Source: an uncultured delta proteobacterium
GTDB lineage: Bacteria; Desulfobacterota; Desulfomonilia; UBA1062
Direction: 5' to 3'
DNA length: 64,000 nucleotides
NCBI GenBank assembly: GCA_963785235.1
Contig: CAWAUM010000011.1
Span: forward strand, 32,001-96,000
In this document: in pieces, positions 10,352 to 20,871 of the stretch
Layout of the letters: every line of letters starts with the position of its first letter
Numbering within the stretch: position 1 is the stretch's first letter
Made by a program: the position numbers and the translations under genes
The notes under the pieces: model-generated
Databases searched by the model: none
What the model was told of the DNA's origin: nothing
The model's input: the letters and a program-made list of their open reading frames with translations, nothing else

Positions 10352-11515
10352 TTAAAAGAGCTGGTCATACACCTTGGAGATATTGTCCAGATAAGCTTCC
10401 TTGCCAAAACGTTCTTTGACAGTCTGCCGGATGATCTTGGGATCATATTTTACATGTCCCAGAATGAACCTTTCCATGGCATCTGCCAGCGCGACAGGAT
10501 CTGCAGCATCCACCAGTAAACCAGTCTCCGGAGTGACTACATATTCGGGTCCTCCACATCTTGTGGCAATAACCGGTTTGCCGCAGCTCATGGCTTCACC
10601 CAGCACGATGCCAAAGGTTTCCTGCAGGCTTGGTAATACAAAGACATCACATTGCTGCATCTGGTTCCGTACTTCAGAAGGGGCGAGACTCCCAGGGAAA
10701 CGGCATTTTTCAGAAAGCCCCATGTGCTGAGCCATTTTCATTAGCCTGCCTCTCTCAGGCCCACCGCCTCCAATGATCAATTCAAAAGATGTTTGTCCAC
10801 GCTGCAGGAGTATGTGGGCAGCCTCCAGAAGGTAATTCAACCCTTTTGGTTTTTTTATGATTGCAACCGTTAAAAAGCGGCAGGATGAACGTGATGTATC
10901 CCTTGATTGCCCTTGGCCCGGAGTAAAAAAATCCGTGTTGATGATATTGCCAAGGAGCTGTAAATCAATAGTGGGGATGAAGTCCCTTATCTGCTGTGCC
11001 AGGGCCGGGCTGACCGTTATTACTCGATCAGCACGGGTTAGGGTGTCCTTCACGAGTTGACGATTGCTCGATGTTTTCAGGTGCATGGAAAAAGGACCTG
11101 AATGCTCGGTCAGAACCACAGGGATGTCATACCTTTCTTTCAGGACTGTGGCAGCCCATCCGGCAGGTAGAACTACATGCGCATGTATAATATCCGGCCT
11201 GCCCCATTGGGACAGGAGCTTTTCAAAACCTTGTAGAGCGGCTCGTGCATACATGGAGTATGAAAACCACGGGATCTTCGGTATACAGGCCGCTCTCCCG
11301 TCATTAACAACATGGATACCTCCCTGTTCTTCCCGTTGAGACTTAAATGTTATTGTTCCTCTGAGGATCTGACGCCACCCGATAAAACAAGGGACAAGTA
11401 CAGCCACAAGATACTTTTGTGACAGGGCCAATACCTGCTCTCGAATAAAAACACCGTTGATCGGATGAATATCACTGGGATACCAGGAAGGCAGGACAAG
11501 TATTTTTTTCTTCAT
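10352..11515 (-). CDS. Glycosyltransferase family 4
   Basis: ETFGIVLGEAMSCGKPVIAT; start taken at the ATGA overlap with the upstream gene. Confidence 0.85.
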   Translation of the reverse strand: MKKKILVLPSWYPSDIHPINGVFIREQVLALSQKYLVAVLVPCFIGWRQILRGTITFKSQREEQGGIHVVNDGRAACIPKIPWFSYSMYARAALQGFEKLLSQWGRPDIIHAHVVLPAGWAATVLKERYDIPVVLTEHSGPFSMHLKTSSNRQLVKDTLTRADRVITVSPALAQQIRDFIPTIDLQLLGNIINTDFFTPGQGQSRDTSRSSCRFLTVAIIKKPKGLNYLLEAAHILLQRGQTSFELIIGGGGPERGRLMKMAQHMGLSEKCRFPGSLAPSEVRNQMQQCDVFVLPSLQETFGIVLGEAMSCGKPVIATRCGGPEYVVTPETGLLVDAADPVALADAMERFILGHVKYDPKIIRQTVKERFGKEAYLDNISKVYDQLF

Positions 11516-12453
11516 TTCTTCAGAAGTAGTTGAATGGTCCTGCGAATGAGGGAATAGCTCATCCACAAGGTGTTCATAATGATTTTATGCCACGCAGGGT
11601 TTCGCCATGATGGGAATATCCTTAATGCCAATGCATATTGCTGATAAGCGAAAAGAAATAATTTCTGGGAATAGGCCATGCTCTCGCCAAACCATGTGTG
11701 CATCCCCGCAAGTGTGGATGGGTCATGTGCGTACGGTGAAAGGTCTGGAAAAAGCCCTCTTTGATGCATCTCATTGAAAACCTCTTTGAACATTTCCAAT
11801 GTTTCAGCCTTGTGTCTCTCGACGTTACGGCTATCTTGTGCCCCGTGAACTCTCTGTTTAACTGATTTATCAGCTACTCGCCCAATTTCGAAGTGGCGCA
11901 GGAGTCGCAACCACATCTGTGTATCTTGATTGTAGCGCCATTTTTCCGAGAATAGACCTACTTTATCAAAACAGGATCGCTCAATTAATATGGTCGAACC
12001 ATTGATATACACCCCCCGGAACAGCTCACGGATTGCCTGCTCACGAGGATACCAAGGGGTATCGATCACATGCAACTGTTCACCCCTGTCATTGATGATG
12101 ATGAAATCCGTATAACATGCCTTGAACTGAGGATGTGCACTAAGGAAGGCCACCTGTCCTTCAAGTTTTTCAGGCAGCCAGAGATCGTCGTGGCTGAGCC
12201 AGGCAAACCATCTGCCACGCATCTCCTTGATACCCATATTCAGTGCACTCGCAACACCACCATTAGGTTTGCGAAAACCGCGTATCCGGTCTTTGTATGA
12301 CTGGATGATCTCCCATGTCCCGTCGGTTGATCCGTCATCGACTACCAGCACTTCATAATCCGTATATGTCTGGGACAAGACGCTATTGATTGCCTCGCTC
12401 AGGTAATTAGTCCCATTAAAGACAGGGATCACTACGCTTACTGAAGGGTTCAT
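11512..12453 (-). CDS. Glycosyltransferase family 2
   Basis: VSVVIPVFN, VVDDGSTD, LSHDD. Confidence 0.9.
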   Translation of the reverse strand: MNPSVSVVIPVFNGTNYLSEAINSVLSQTYTDYEVLVVDDGSTDGTWEIIQSYKDRIRGFRKPNGGVASALNMGIKEMRGRWFAWLSHDDLWLPEKLEGQVAFLSAHPQFKACYTDFIIINDRGEQLHVIDTPWYPREQAIRELFRGVYINGSTILIERSCFDKVGLFSEKWRYNQDTQMWLRLLRHFEIGRVADKSVKQRVHGAQDSRNVERHKAETLEMFKEVFNEMHQRGLFPDLSPYAHDPSTLAGMHTWFGESMAYSQKLFLFAYQQYALALRIFPSWRNPAWHKIIMNTLWMSYSLIRRTIQLLLKK

Positions 12454-13541
12454 GCTCTGAGATTACGAAATCCAAGAATGATCTTGATCACGGTGTTGCT
12501 GACCTGTTCTGCCATATATTCGGGGGGGACACTCCATTTTTCATGGGATGCGAGAACTGTATGCACGCATTGAACAATGGATTCGACTTCTGCGCCGCTG
12601 AGAATGTTGCACCCGTGCTCGATGGTTTCGGGACGTTCTGTTACATCTCGAATCGTAACATTGGGAATCCCGAAGATAGCGCATTCCTCCTGGACAGTGC
12701 CGCTATCGGTAATGACACAGCGGGCATTGCGCTCAAGGGTGATGAAATCGAAGAAGCCGAATGGCTCCAGGTAATGCACCTGAGGATTATCGTTACAGAC
12801 TTTGAATCCCTTGATGCGTGCCCTTGTATGTGGATGAGTGCTGACGATGATTGGAAGGTTGTATTCTTTCTGCAAATAATCAAAGGATCTGACCAGATTT
12901 TGCAGGCGAATTTCAACATCCACATTTTCCGCCCTGTGCATGGTGACGAGGAAATACTGTCCGGCCTCCAGTTCCAGCTGTTCAAGGATGGCAGAACGAC
13001 TGATATGCTTATCATGGTGCCGGATTACCTCATAAATGGGATTACCCGTTACATAGATTCGCTCACCCGGGATGCCCTCACGCAGCAGATTCTGTCTGGA
13101 TCGCTCGGTATACGGCATGAGTACGTCGCTGACCTGGTCTATGATGCGCCGGTTGACCTCTTCCGGGACACGGTCGTCAAAGCATCTGTTTCCTGCTTCC
13201 ATGTGGTAGACCGGGATGCCCATCCTCTTGGCGACGACAGCCGACAGGGCACTGTTGGTATCTCCCAGCACGAGCATCTTGTCCGGCTTCTCGGAGAGCA
13301 GCACCTTTTCACTCTCCATGATGATCTTTCCGATCTGCTCTCCCAATGTATCGCCGCGAATCCCTAGAAAATGATCAGGGGCCCGTACATCAAGCTGCTT
13401 GAAAAAAAGTTCGCTCAAGGCCGGATCGAAGTTCTGGCCCGTGTGAACAAGGACGTGCTGACATGACTGGTCAAGCTTTTTCATTACGAGACTTAACCGA
13501 ATGATCTCCGGACGCGTGCCGAGTATGGTGATAACTTTCAT
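12450..13541 (-). CDS. wecB: UDP-N-acetylglucosamine 2-epimerase family, non-hydrolysing (FnlC/WbvD-like)
   Basis: GTRPEIIR, HTGQNFD, HMEAGNR, PEEVNR, TDSGTVQEE, TERPE. Confidence 0.9.
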   Translation of the reverse strand: MKVITILGTRPEIIRLSLVMKKLDQSCQHVLVHTGQNFDPALSELFFKQLDVRAPDHFLGIRGDTLGEQIGKIIMESEKVLLSEKPDKMLVLGDTNSALSAVVAKRMGIPVYHMEAGNRCFDDRVPEEVNRRIIDQVSDVLMPYTERSRQNLLREGIPGERIYVTGNPIYEVIRHHDKHISRSAILEQLELEAGQYFLVTMHRAENVDVEIRLQNLVRSFDYLQKEYNLPIIVSTHPHTRARIKGFKVCNDNPQVHYLEPFGFFDFITLERNARCVITDSGTVQEECAIFGIPNVTIRDVTERPETIEHGCNILSGAEVESIVQCVHTVLASHEKWSVPPEYMAEQVSNTVIKIILGFRNLRA

Positions 13542-13543
13542 GA

Positions 13544-14542
13544 TTATGACCTCATCCAAAATGCTGAAGGTTCAGACATGGGATAATGCCGGCGCATGAC
13601 ATGATACTCGGGAAATACTGCACAGACTGGCTCGGGATATTTGAGTATCATGTAATTGCCGGCCCACAGGACCTTGAAGCGGGTATTAAAAGCCAAAAAA
13701 GCCTGGAGCAGATACTGCTCGTTCCAGTAGAGCTGATTGTCGTAATAGACCTTGGGATAGTGCCTTGGCAAGCTGATATCATGAATATGTATGAGAACAC
13801 CCGGGGCCAGGCGAGGGAGAATCTCCAGGTATTCATATTCCACATCATTGCCGGATCTGAAGACATGGCTTGAGTCGATGAAGAGGATGTCGCCCGCTTC
13901 AAGAGAGGTAAAAAGGTCCGAATTCAGGTCCTGGACCTTCATGGTGAGAAGACGTGTAAGCCCGGGGACGCCCTTTTCAAGGATGCTCTGCGGGTATGGG
14001 TCAATGGCGGTATAATCCACCGCATTACCTGTTTCCCTTTGATTTTCCAGGCAGGCTGCCCCACCCAGGAGCGTAGAATTCCCGGCTCCGATTTCTATGA
14101 TGCGTCTGGGTTTATAGTGGCGGATCATGGAATAGTAGACATGGGCATCAATGGCCATGTACCCGCCGTTGATGAGGTAGAACAACCGAGGGTCTCCGGG
14201 ACGTTCAAGGGGGAAACGATCGCGGAATTCACCCATATACCGCGGGAATACACCTTCCAGAAGCTCCAGTGCCCCTTGCTCGTTCAAGTCTAAGCCGATC
14301 AGTTCCGAGTGTTTCCCCCAGTACCCAGAAGGGATGTCTTCATCGGCCGGAATCGGCAGGTAGAAATGCTTACGCAGGAGATGATATCCATGTCTTGAGA
14401 ACACGTCATGGTAGGGATTTCCCGGTATTTTCCCGATGCATAAGGCTGTGGCCTTGGCCAGGGGAGAACACAGCCTGAGAAGGATCGGACCGGTAATCCT
14501 GTGATTCAGCCACTTGCCGACTTTGCTGAGGAGAAGCCTCAC
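13544..14542 (-). CDS. Class I SAM-dependent methyltransferase (Methyltransf_24-like)
   Basis: IIEIGAGNST, LFIDSSH, IHIHDI, WNEQY. Confidence 0.85.
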   Translation of the reverse strand: MRLLLSKVGKWLNHRITGPILLRLCSPLAKATALCIGKIPGNPYHDVFSRHGYHLLRKHFYLPIPADEDIPSGYWGKHSELIGLDLNEQGALELLEGVFPRYMGEFRDRFPLERPGDPRLFYLINGGYMAIDAHVYYSMIRHYKPRRIIEIGAGNSTLLGGAACLENQRETGNAVDYTAIDPYPQSILEKGVPGLTRLLTMKVQDLNSDLFTSLEAGDILFIDSSHVFRSGNDVEYEYLEILPRLAPGVLIHIHDISLPRHYPKVYYDNQLYWNEQYLLQAFLAFNTRFKVLWAGNYMILKYPEPVCAVFPEYHVMRRHYPMSEPSAFWMRS

Positions 14543-15609
14543 CTGAGAAGTTCCTCTTCTTCAGCCTCATAGTCATCAATGAGCAGTCTCTGTTTCTTGA
14601 GCAATGCCTTCAGGTTCGTTTTACTGATAAGGTTGTTTGCAGAGCTGAACTCTTCTTGTAAAGGGGCAACGCTCGGTTCTTTCGGGCGCAGTTCCGGCAG
14701 CATGGGGAGAATTGCATAGTAATCGCCTCTATCCACGGTGCGGTAGCATTCCTCTTCAGAGATCAGGATCTCATGGACCTTTTCTCCCGGTCGTATCCCG
14801 GTGATCACGGTCTTGATGGGGCGCTTGTCTATGAGCACTGCGGCGATATCCACCACCTTTGCAGAAGGGGCCCGCGGGATGTATGTTTCCCCCTTACGGG
14901 CGTGCTTTATGGCTTCGAAAATGGTATCCACCGCCTGATTCAGGCTGAGGAGAAAACGTGTCATATCCTCTGTGGTGATTGTCACTGGCCCGTTATTCCT
15001 GATCTGTTCATAGAAAAGCGGAATGACCGACCCCCTAGATGCAAGGACGTTTCCATAACGCACGCAGATAAACCGCGTGTCAGGGCACTCGAGATTGGCA
15101 CGTATAAAGACCCGTTCCTGGATAGCCTTGGTCATGCCCATGACATTGACCGGCTTGCACGCCTTATCCGTGGAAATGCCGACCACTGCCTCTATGGGCA
15201 ACCGATGCTCGCGTATGGCCCGAACGATGTTCTCCGGCCCCTCGATATTGGTCCGAACCGCCTCATAGGGGAAGTACTCGCAGGCAGGGACCTGTTTGAG
15301 GGCTGCGGCGTTGAATACGATGTCAGCATCACGCAGTACGGAGGCGATGCTGTGAAAGTCGCGCACATCGCCGATTCTGAACTCCAGGAGTTGTTCGAAG
15401 TTGTGGTAGATAACCTCATCCGTGGGTGAACGGCGGTGCAGATACTCGATGCGCATGGCGTGCTGCTTGGCCTCGTCCCGGGAGAACACGATAATCTTTC
15501 TGGGTTTGCCCATCTCTGAGGTCAAAAGTCGGCGGACTAATACATGGCCGAGTGATCCGGTTCCACCGGTGACAAGGATGCTCTTGCCATCCAACGGTTT
15601 CTTTTTCAT
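14539..15609 (-). CDS. UDP-GlcNAc 4,6-dehydratase/5-epimerase (FnlA/CapE/WbvB-like)
   Basis: TGGTGSLG, FSRDEAKQ, AAALKQVP, STDKAC, RYGNVLASRGSVIP, GIRPGEK. Confidence 0.85.
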   Translation of the reverse strand: MKKKPLDGKSILVTGGTGSLGHVLVRRLLTSEMGKPRKIIVFSRDEAKQHAMRIEYLHRRSPTDEVIYHNFEQLLEFRIGDVRDFHSIASVLRDADIVFNAAALKQVPACEYFPYEAVRTNIEGPENIVRAIREHRLPIEAVVGISTDKACKPVNVMGMTKAIQERVFIRANLECPDTRFICVRYGNVLASRGSVIPLFYEQIRNNGPVTITTEDMTRFLLSLNQAVDTIFEAIKHARKGETYIPRAPSAKVVDIAAVLIDKRPIKTVITGIRPGEKVHEILISEEECYRTVDRGDYYAILPMLPELRPKEPSVAPLQEEFSSANNLISKTNLKALLKKQRLLIDDYEAEEEELLR

Positions 15610-16505
15610 AGAATAATTTTCCTCCATTGCTCATATGTGGGCCATTCTGATGCCAGGCCGTCGATCATTGCTTCCCATTCCGGGGGTTGCCATCCGGTGG
15701 TTTCCGTGAAGTGCGCGCCGATAAGACTGCGGTCGCAACGAAAATCGTCATCGGATTCGATGGTGATATCGTTCCAGTGTAAGGCATCTCTCATGCGCAG
15801 CAAGAGGTCGTATTTCGTTATGGGGCTGCCGGCTACCTGGTAGATGCCTGAAAGGTCCGGCCTGGTTTCCAGAAGCCATCCCATCAGGTCCGACAATACG
15901 GAAGTGGACAGCCCTGTATAGATTGCATGCCGGAAGCCTTTGATATGCCGTCCACGCTGGAGGGCGAACCACTCCAGGAGGCTTGCCTGGTTCTTCAGCT
16001 CCCATCCGATGATGGAGGTGCGCAGCGTCAGGCACCCTTGCCTGTCAAGCTCGCCCAGCAGTTTTGAGCGGCCGTAGAGGTCCACAGGATCGGGTATGTC
16101 CGCTTCGGAATAATTTCCCCTGTGGCCCGAGAAGACGCAGTCAGTGGATAAATGAATGAGCCGTGCGCCGATATTCCCGCACATTTCGGCCAGCAGGTGG
16201 GGAAACAGGGCGTTCACCCGGATGGAGGGTATGGCGGCCTTGGCCTCGTCCCGCTGCTTGACGATGCCTATGCAGTTAATCACCCCGTCGGGGACGATCT
16301 CCCGGATAGCCTTTTCCACAGTTGCCGTTTCGCAGGCGTCGACACCCCCCCGGACGTGTCCGGAATCTTCAGGGGAAAATAGCGGGTGGCGCGTCCAGAG
16401 GCCATGGTTGCTGCGGAATGCCGCATAGGTATCAAAGCGGCCACGGAGCCTCTGGAAGACCTTGTGCCCGAGCATGCCGTCAGCGCCGAGGACGAGTAGT
16501 TTCAA
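15606..16505 (-). CDS. RmlD-like NDP-sugar 4-ketoreductase (WbvR-like)
   Basis: GADGMLG, STDCVFSG, YGRSK; 299 aa with no cupin extension. Confidence 0.8.
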   Translation of the reverse strand: MKLLVLGADGMLGHKVFQRLRGRFDTYAAFRSNHGLWTRHPLFSPEDSGHVRGGVDACETATVEKAIREIVPDGVINCIGIVKQRDEAKAAIPSIRVNALFPHLLAEMCGNIGARLIHLSTDCVFSGHRGNYSEADIPDPVDLYGRSKLLGELDRQGCLTLRTSIIGWELKNQASLLEWFALQRGRHIKGFRHAIYTGLSTSVLSDLMGWLLETRPDLSGIYQVAGSPITKYDLLLRMRDALHWNDITIESDDDFRCDRSLIGAHFTETTGWQPPEWEAMIDGLASEWPTYEQWRKIIL

Positions 16506-17719
16506 TCCATGTCCCTCCTGCGGGTCTGTGAAAAGATATCCTGGTAGGCAGCGATCACCTGCGGCTTTATGATGGAGACGTCGAGGCGTTCTGCTGCGGT
16601 TTTCCTGTTGATTGCGGAAGCTTCATCCACCAAGGCATCCTCGGACACGGCCCTGACGATGGCCCCCGAGATGGTTTCCGGGTCTTCCGGGGGAACGATA
16701 AGGCCGCTTATGCCGTGCTTGACCCACTCCTGGGCGCTTGAGGTGTTCGACTGGATAGGGAAGCTTCCCATGATCATGGCTTCGAGCAGCGAGGTGCTGA
16801 TGGCATCGGATATGCTCAAGCCAAGGTAGATCCTCGCTTGACCAAACAGGGCCATCATCTCCTCATGGGTGCAGGGCGGGACGATCTCCACGGGAAGCCC
16901 CGTGTCCTGGCTCATAAGCTGCGCGGCGATCTTTATACTTTCGTCCATCCATGCGGAATAGATGGCGACCCTGTATCCCTTGAGCCGGGGGGCACTCATG
17001 CCGATGGCTCGAATACCAACAAGGGCGCGGCCGAACATGCCCTGATAACCCTTCAGCAGAATCAGTCGGCGTGCCGACACCGGTTCCTGGGCGGGGATAC
17101 TTTTGAGGCGGGAAAGATTGTACCCTCCTGAGTTGGGAAGGACAGGAAGGACCTTTTCCTTGAACCCCAGGGATCTGGCCAGATCGACATCCCTATGGCA
17201 TTCGCAGGAGTAGTAGTCACACTGTGACAAGACCGCCTTGATGCGCTCGCGATGCCCGGGCAATCGGCCGAACAGGTAGATGTCACTCCCCCAGTTCGTG
17301 GCGATCCATGCCGGGAAGAGTCCCTTAAACCGCATTTTCACATCATGCGTCAGGTATCCCGCTGACTGGAATTCCATGGAATGGATTATGTCCGGGCGGA
17401 TCTTCAGGATGAGCCGCTGCAGTTGGTTCTCCCGGTAATCCGGGGATGCCTTCCGGAGGAGGTTGCGCGCCGCATTGACGCAAAAGTCCGAAACCAGGGG
17501 GATGCCCCTGTATCTCACATTCCGGTTCAGTCGTTTCTGCTCAAGGGAATAGAAGGAATGGTGTACCGTCACGTTCTTCAGGTCGGGGTGTACGCGGCCG
17601 TTGTCATCGCTCGGGAAGAGATGCAGGTCCCATCCCTCATCCGCGATCTGCGAGATCCATCGTGCAGTGTGGATGCTGTTGGACATGGCGATGAATAGAA
17701 TACGTACTTTTTTACTCAT
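16502..17719 (-). CDS. Glycosyltransferase (GT4-like)
   Basis: NWGSDI, SDAISTSLLEAM motifs; start uncertain. Confidence 0.8.
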   Translation of the reverse strand: MSKKVRILFIAMSNSIHTARWISQIADEGWDLHLFPSDDNGRVHPDLKNVTVHHSFYSLEQKRLNRNVRYRGIPLVSDFCVNAARNLLRKASPDYRENQLQRLILKIRPDIIHSMEFQSAGYLTHDVKMRFKGLFPAWIATNWGSDIYLFGRLPGHRERIKAVLSQCDYYSCECHRDVDLARSLGFKEKVLPVLPNSGGYNLSRLKSIPAQEPVSARRLILLKGYQGMFGRALVGIRAIGMSAPRLKGYRVAIYSAWMDESIKIAAQLMSQDTGLPVEIVPPCTHEEMMALFGQARIYLGLSISDAISTSLLEAMIMGSFPIQSNTSSAQEWVKHGISGLIVPPEDPETISGAIVRAVSEDALVDEASAINRKTAAERLDVSIIKPQVIAAYQDIFSQTRRRDMD

Positions 17720-17812
17720 ATAACCACAGATAGTCAGCATAAACCTTTCTTTTAGGATGTGATGCGAGATTATAATTGAGGAAAGATATTTTGAGTATGC
17801 CAAATCTTGAGA

Positions 17813-19000
17813 TCATTGTTCAAACCTGCTGAGAAAATCATGAAAACGGTTTTGTATGAGGGTAATGTCAAATTCGCGTTTGGCTGATGAGCGTGCATTC
17901 ATAGCCATTTCCGGGTGCTGGTTCGTGAGGAGTTTCTCTATGGCAGAACACAATACCTGGGGATCACGTTCATCGACAACCAATCCGCAGGCATGCTTCC
18001 TAAAAAACCAGCTGATGAATGAATCTCCTGGTGCATGGACAAGAATCGGTCTTTCTACGGAGAGATACTCTCCTGTCTTGCCTGGAGCGGATGTTCTTAT
18101 GACCTCAGGTATTCCGGAGTGAAACGCCAGCGGCAGGAAGAGTATATCGGCCTGGCGGAGGACATATGGGACCATTGAAGAATTTATATGGGTATGAAAT
18201 CGCACCATGGGGCCTGTTATTCCCTCTTTTCTCAGGGAAGATTCCGATTGGGAGGTAAAGATATCGATGCGAATGTCATCTCTCCCAAGCAATCCCACAG
18301 CATCTATGAGATCTAGGAAGGAATCAAGCTGGGCATGATAGATCGAACCGGTATACACGATATGTTTTTGAGTGGGGTCGAGGATCCGTTCTCCTAGATC
18401 CAGCTCCTGCAATGAAGGCAGATTACAAGGGTTGTGGATTACCGTCCCCTCAATGCCGTAACGGTTATAGTATTCACGGTGCATGAACTCATTCGCAACG
18501 AGGACACCACTTGAATGCCTCATGATATAAGGTTCGAAATGCCGTGCCAAGGTACGATATATCCCCTTCCACTGGTAGATATAATCATCGAAGATATAAG
18601 GGACATAAGGTGTCCTTGTCCTTATGCTTGCAACATATCCTGCCGGCAGGTCGTACGGGTCTCCTGAGCAGGCGATAAGAAGACCATGGTTCCCTTTTTT
18701 TAGGATCCCTGTAATCTCCGAGGATCTCATCAGAATGCCCAGGAAGGCATTGAGAAGGATAATCAATTCTTTCAGGATCGAAAATTTAGGGACAGGGATA
18801 TGGAGAACAGGTCTCAGGTGACAATATTCCCCCGAGAGTCTCTCTGTGGAGATCTTGTCCTGAGCATAGAGTTTGTCTTGCATCTTGGTCAACAGGGTAT
18901 AACGATCAGGCGGAAGAACCTGCAATAATCGATATAATACCGTTGCCTGTCCTGATGGTGCAGGCGGAACACTATGTGAGAGCACGGCTATTTTATTCAT
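17813..19000 (-). CDS. Glycosyltransferase (GT4-like)
   Basis: IVYTGSIY, ADILFLP, PGKTGEYL. Confidence 0.75.
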   Translation of the reverse strand: MNKIAVLSHSVPPAPSGQATVLYRLLQVLPPDRYTLLTKMQDKLYAQDKISTERLSGEYCHLRPVLHIPVPKFSILKELIILLNAFLGILMRSSEITGILKKGNHGLLIACSGDPYDLPAGYVASIRTRTPYVPYIFDDYIYQWKGIYRTLARHFEPYIMRHSSGVLVANEFMHREYYNRYGIEGTVIHNPCNLPSLQELDLGERILDPTQKHIVYTGSIYHAQLDSFLDLIDAVGLLGRDDIRIDIFTSQSESSLRKEGITGPMVRFHTHINSSMVPYVLRQADILFLPLAFHSGIPEVIRTSAPGKTGEYLSVERPILVHAPGDSFISWFFRKHACGLVVDERDPQVLCSAIEKLLTNQHPEMAMNARSSAKREFDITLIQNRFHDFLSRFEQ

Positions 19001-19138
19001 TGAATATCATGGTGTATGCAGGGTGTTGAGTTGCCAACCAATTGTACGGTTCACGATAGACCCCTTCCAGGCCCATGTCTCTATGAAAGAGGCTGTGCAG
19101 AGGTCTCTTCGCGTAATAGCGGTGCAGCGCAGTGTTCG

Positions 19139-20110
19139 CTAAGCTTTGCGTATCCATATGCTTCCGCCTGTATTCTTCAGACAAAGAGGCATGTTCACTC
19201 GAAAGAATGGCTCGTGGAAATGCTCCATGAAGGTGTTCATAAGCACGATGGAGAATTCGTTGTTGTATTGAAGGAATGACCGCAGCAGGTACATTTCGTT
19301 CCAGGCTCGCCCTTCATAAACCCACGCTTTGGGATACTCGAACGGAAAAAAGATGTCGTGAAAGTGAATGTAAACTCCAGAAGAAAGCGTTGGAAGTATC
19401 TCGAAGAAGATACGATTCACATCGCTGTTGATCTTGCTGACATGCGTGGAATCAATAAACAGAATGTCGTTTTCTTCGAGCGCTTCAAACACGTTTAAAT
19501 GAACATCTTGCAATCGTTGTGGAATAATCTTTATCTTGTTTCTGTCATCTTCACTGATGAGTGACAGTAACAGTTCGGGATATGGTTCAATAAACGTGGC
19601 CTTTATTGAGTTATCCAAGAACAATTCATTGGTATCAAGAGTCACGCAAGACGAAAACCCCGACCCAATTTCGATAATCCTTTTCGGCTTCAGGTGCCTG
19701 ATCATGCAATGCAGAAAGATGGCATCTGAATACGTATACACCGGATTCTCGAAGTAGTAGCGTAGTCCTAAAACCTTGTGAGGCTGAAATGGTATATTTT
19801 CATAGTATTTACAGAAAGTCTCGATCAGCTTGAGTTGCTCCGGTTCATGCATTTCAATTCCTGGAAAGTTGCGCGCGGTGTTTCCGAATATCTTTGCTTC
19901 ATCCCGTCTAATCTCCTCCAAGGAAGGGACTGGGGAGTGGAAATGTCCGGGTGGGACAAATCCACAATCCTGGCGCAATTTTTCCAACTCCGAGATGATC
20001 TCTTTAATAATGGGTAACTTCTTGACAAGAGACTTCAATACGCTGGATACAGGCAAGACGGTCCTCCTTTGTTCCGGTGAAAAATTCAACGAGGATCTGG
20101 TTTTATCCAT
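19139..20110 (-). CDS. Class I SAM-dependent methyltransferase (Methyltransf_24-like), paralogue of 13544..14542
   Basis: IIEIGSGFSS, LFIDSTH, IHFHDIF, WNEMY. Confidence 0.85.
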   Translation of the reverse strand: MDKTRSSLNFSPEQRRTVLPVSSVLKSLVKKLPIIKEIISELEKLRQDCGFVPPGHFHSPVPSLEEIRRDEAKIFGNTARNFPGIEMHEPEQLKLIETFCKYYENIPFQPHKVLGLRYYFENPVYTYSDAIFLHCMIRHLKPKRIIEIGSGFSSCVTLDTNELFLDNSIKATFIEPYPELLLSLISEDDRNKIKIIPQRLQDVHLNVFEALEENDILFIDSTHVSKINSDVNRIFFEILPTLSSGVYIHFHDIFFPFEYPKAWVYEGRAWNEMYLLRSFLQYNNEFSIVLMNTFMEHFHEPFFRVNMPLCLKNTGGSIWIRKA

Positions 20111-20114
20111 GCCC

Positions 20115-20867
20115 TTAATTAGGTTGCTTACTGATTCTATGGTAGTCTCTTACGTATCTGTAGACTATTCTCACGGTATTCAGCCACCTTCTCATGATCA
20201 TCCAGGCCTTCGACAGGAGGATTGCCTTGACTTCCTTTATGGATTCCCTTGTCCGGGTGCTCGATACACCAGCCTCATCATAGAGGGCGATGGGCATGGA
20301 GATGAGATCGACGATGACATAGTTGGAAAAGATCCTGAGCCACATTTCATAGTCCATGGCGATCCGGTACTGCTCGCTGAAATACCCGTAGCGTTCGAAC
20401 AACCGTCTCTTCACGATTGTTGCAGGGTGAGGTATCCAACTTCCCACAGGGGGCCATATTTCCCACATGGGAGGATGCTGGTATCTCGCATGGGACTGTT
20501 TCGTTTCAATCTGGAATATGATCGCCTCGGCATTACTGATCTTGAGAATGTTGACAAGGGTGTTGCAGTCCATGCCGGGGTGGAAGATATCCCCTCCGTT
20601 GAGGAACCACACCCATTCGGATGTTGACAGATCAAGTCCGTGATTGAATGCTGAAGATATCCCCGAGGGCTCGTGCCAGGCATAGCTGACATTCTCCTCG
20701 CCCCTTGCAATCTCTTCGACATGTTTCTTTACTCCGGGGCTGCTTCCGTCGATGATGATCTGTCTCACACCCAGAAATTTCCTCAAGGGCCTGGTGCTCT
20801 CAATGGTCGACAGGAGACCGTCGAGGTCATCCTTGGTTATGGTGATGATATCCAGGAGTGCACTCAT
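20115..20867 (-). CDS. Glycosyltransferase family 2
   Basis: IIIDGSS, GISSAFNHG, FLNGGD, HPAT, AMDYE. Confidence 0.8.
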   Translation of the reverse strand: MSALLDIITITKDDLDGLLSTIESTRPLRKFLGVRQIIIDGSSPGVKKHVEEIARGEENVSYAWHEPSGISSAFNHGLDLSTSEWVWFLNGGDIFHPGMDCNTLVNILKISNAEAIIFQIETKQSHARYQHPPMWEIWPPVGSWIPHPATIVKRRLFERYGYFSEQYRIAMDYEMWLRIFSNYVIVDLISMPIALYDEAGVSSTRTRESIKEVKAILLSKAWMIMRRWLNTVRIVYRYVRDYHRISKQPN

Positions 20868-20871
20868 ATCT

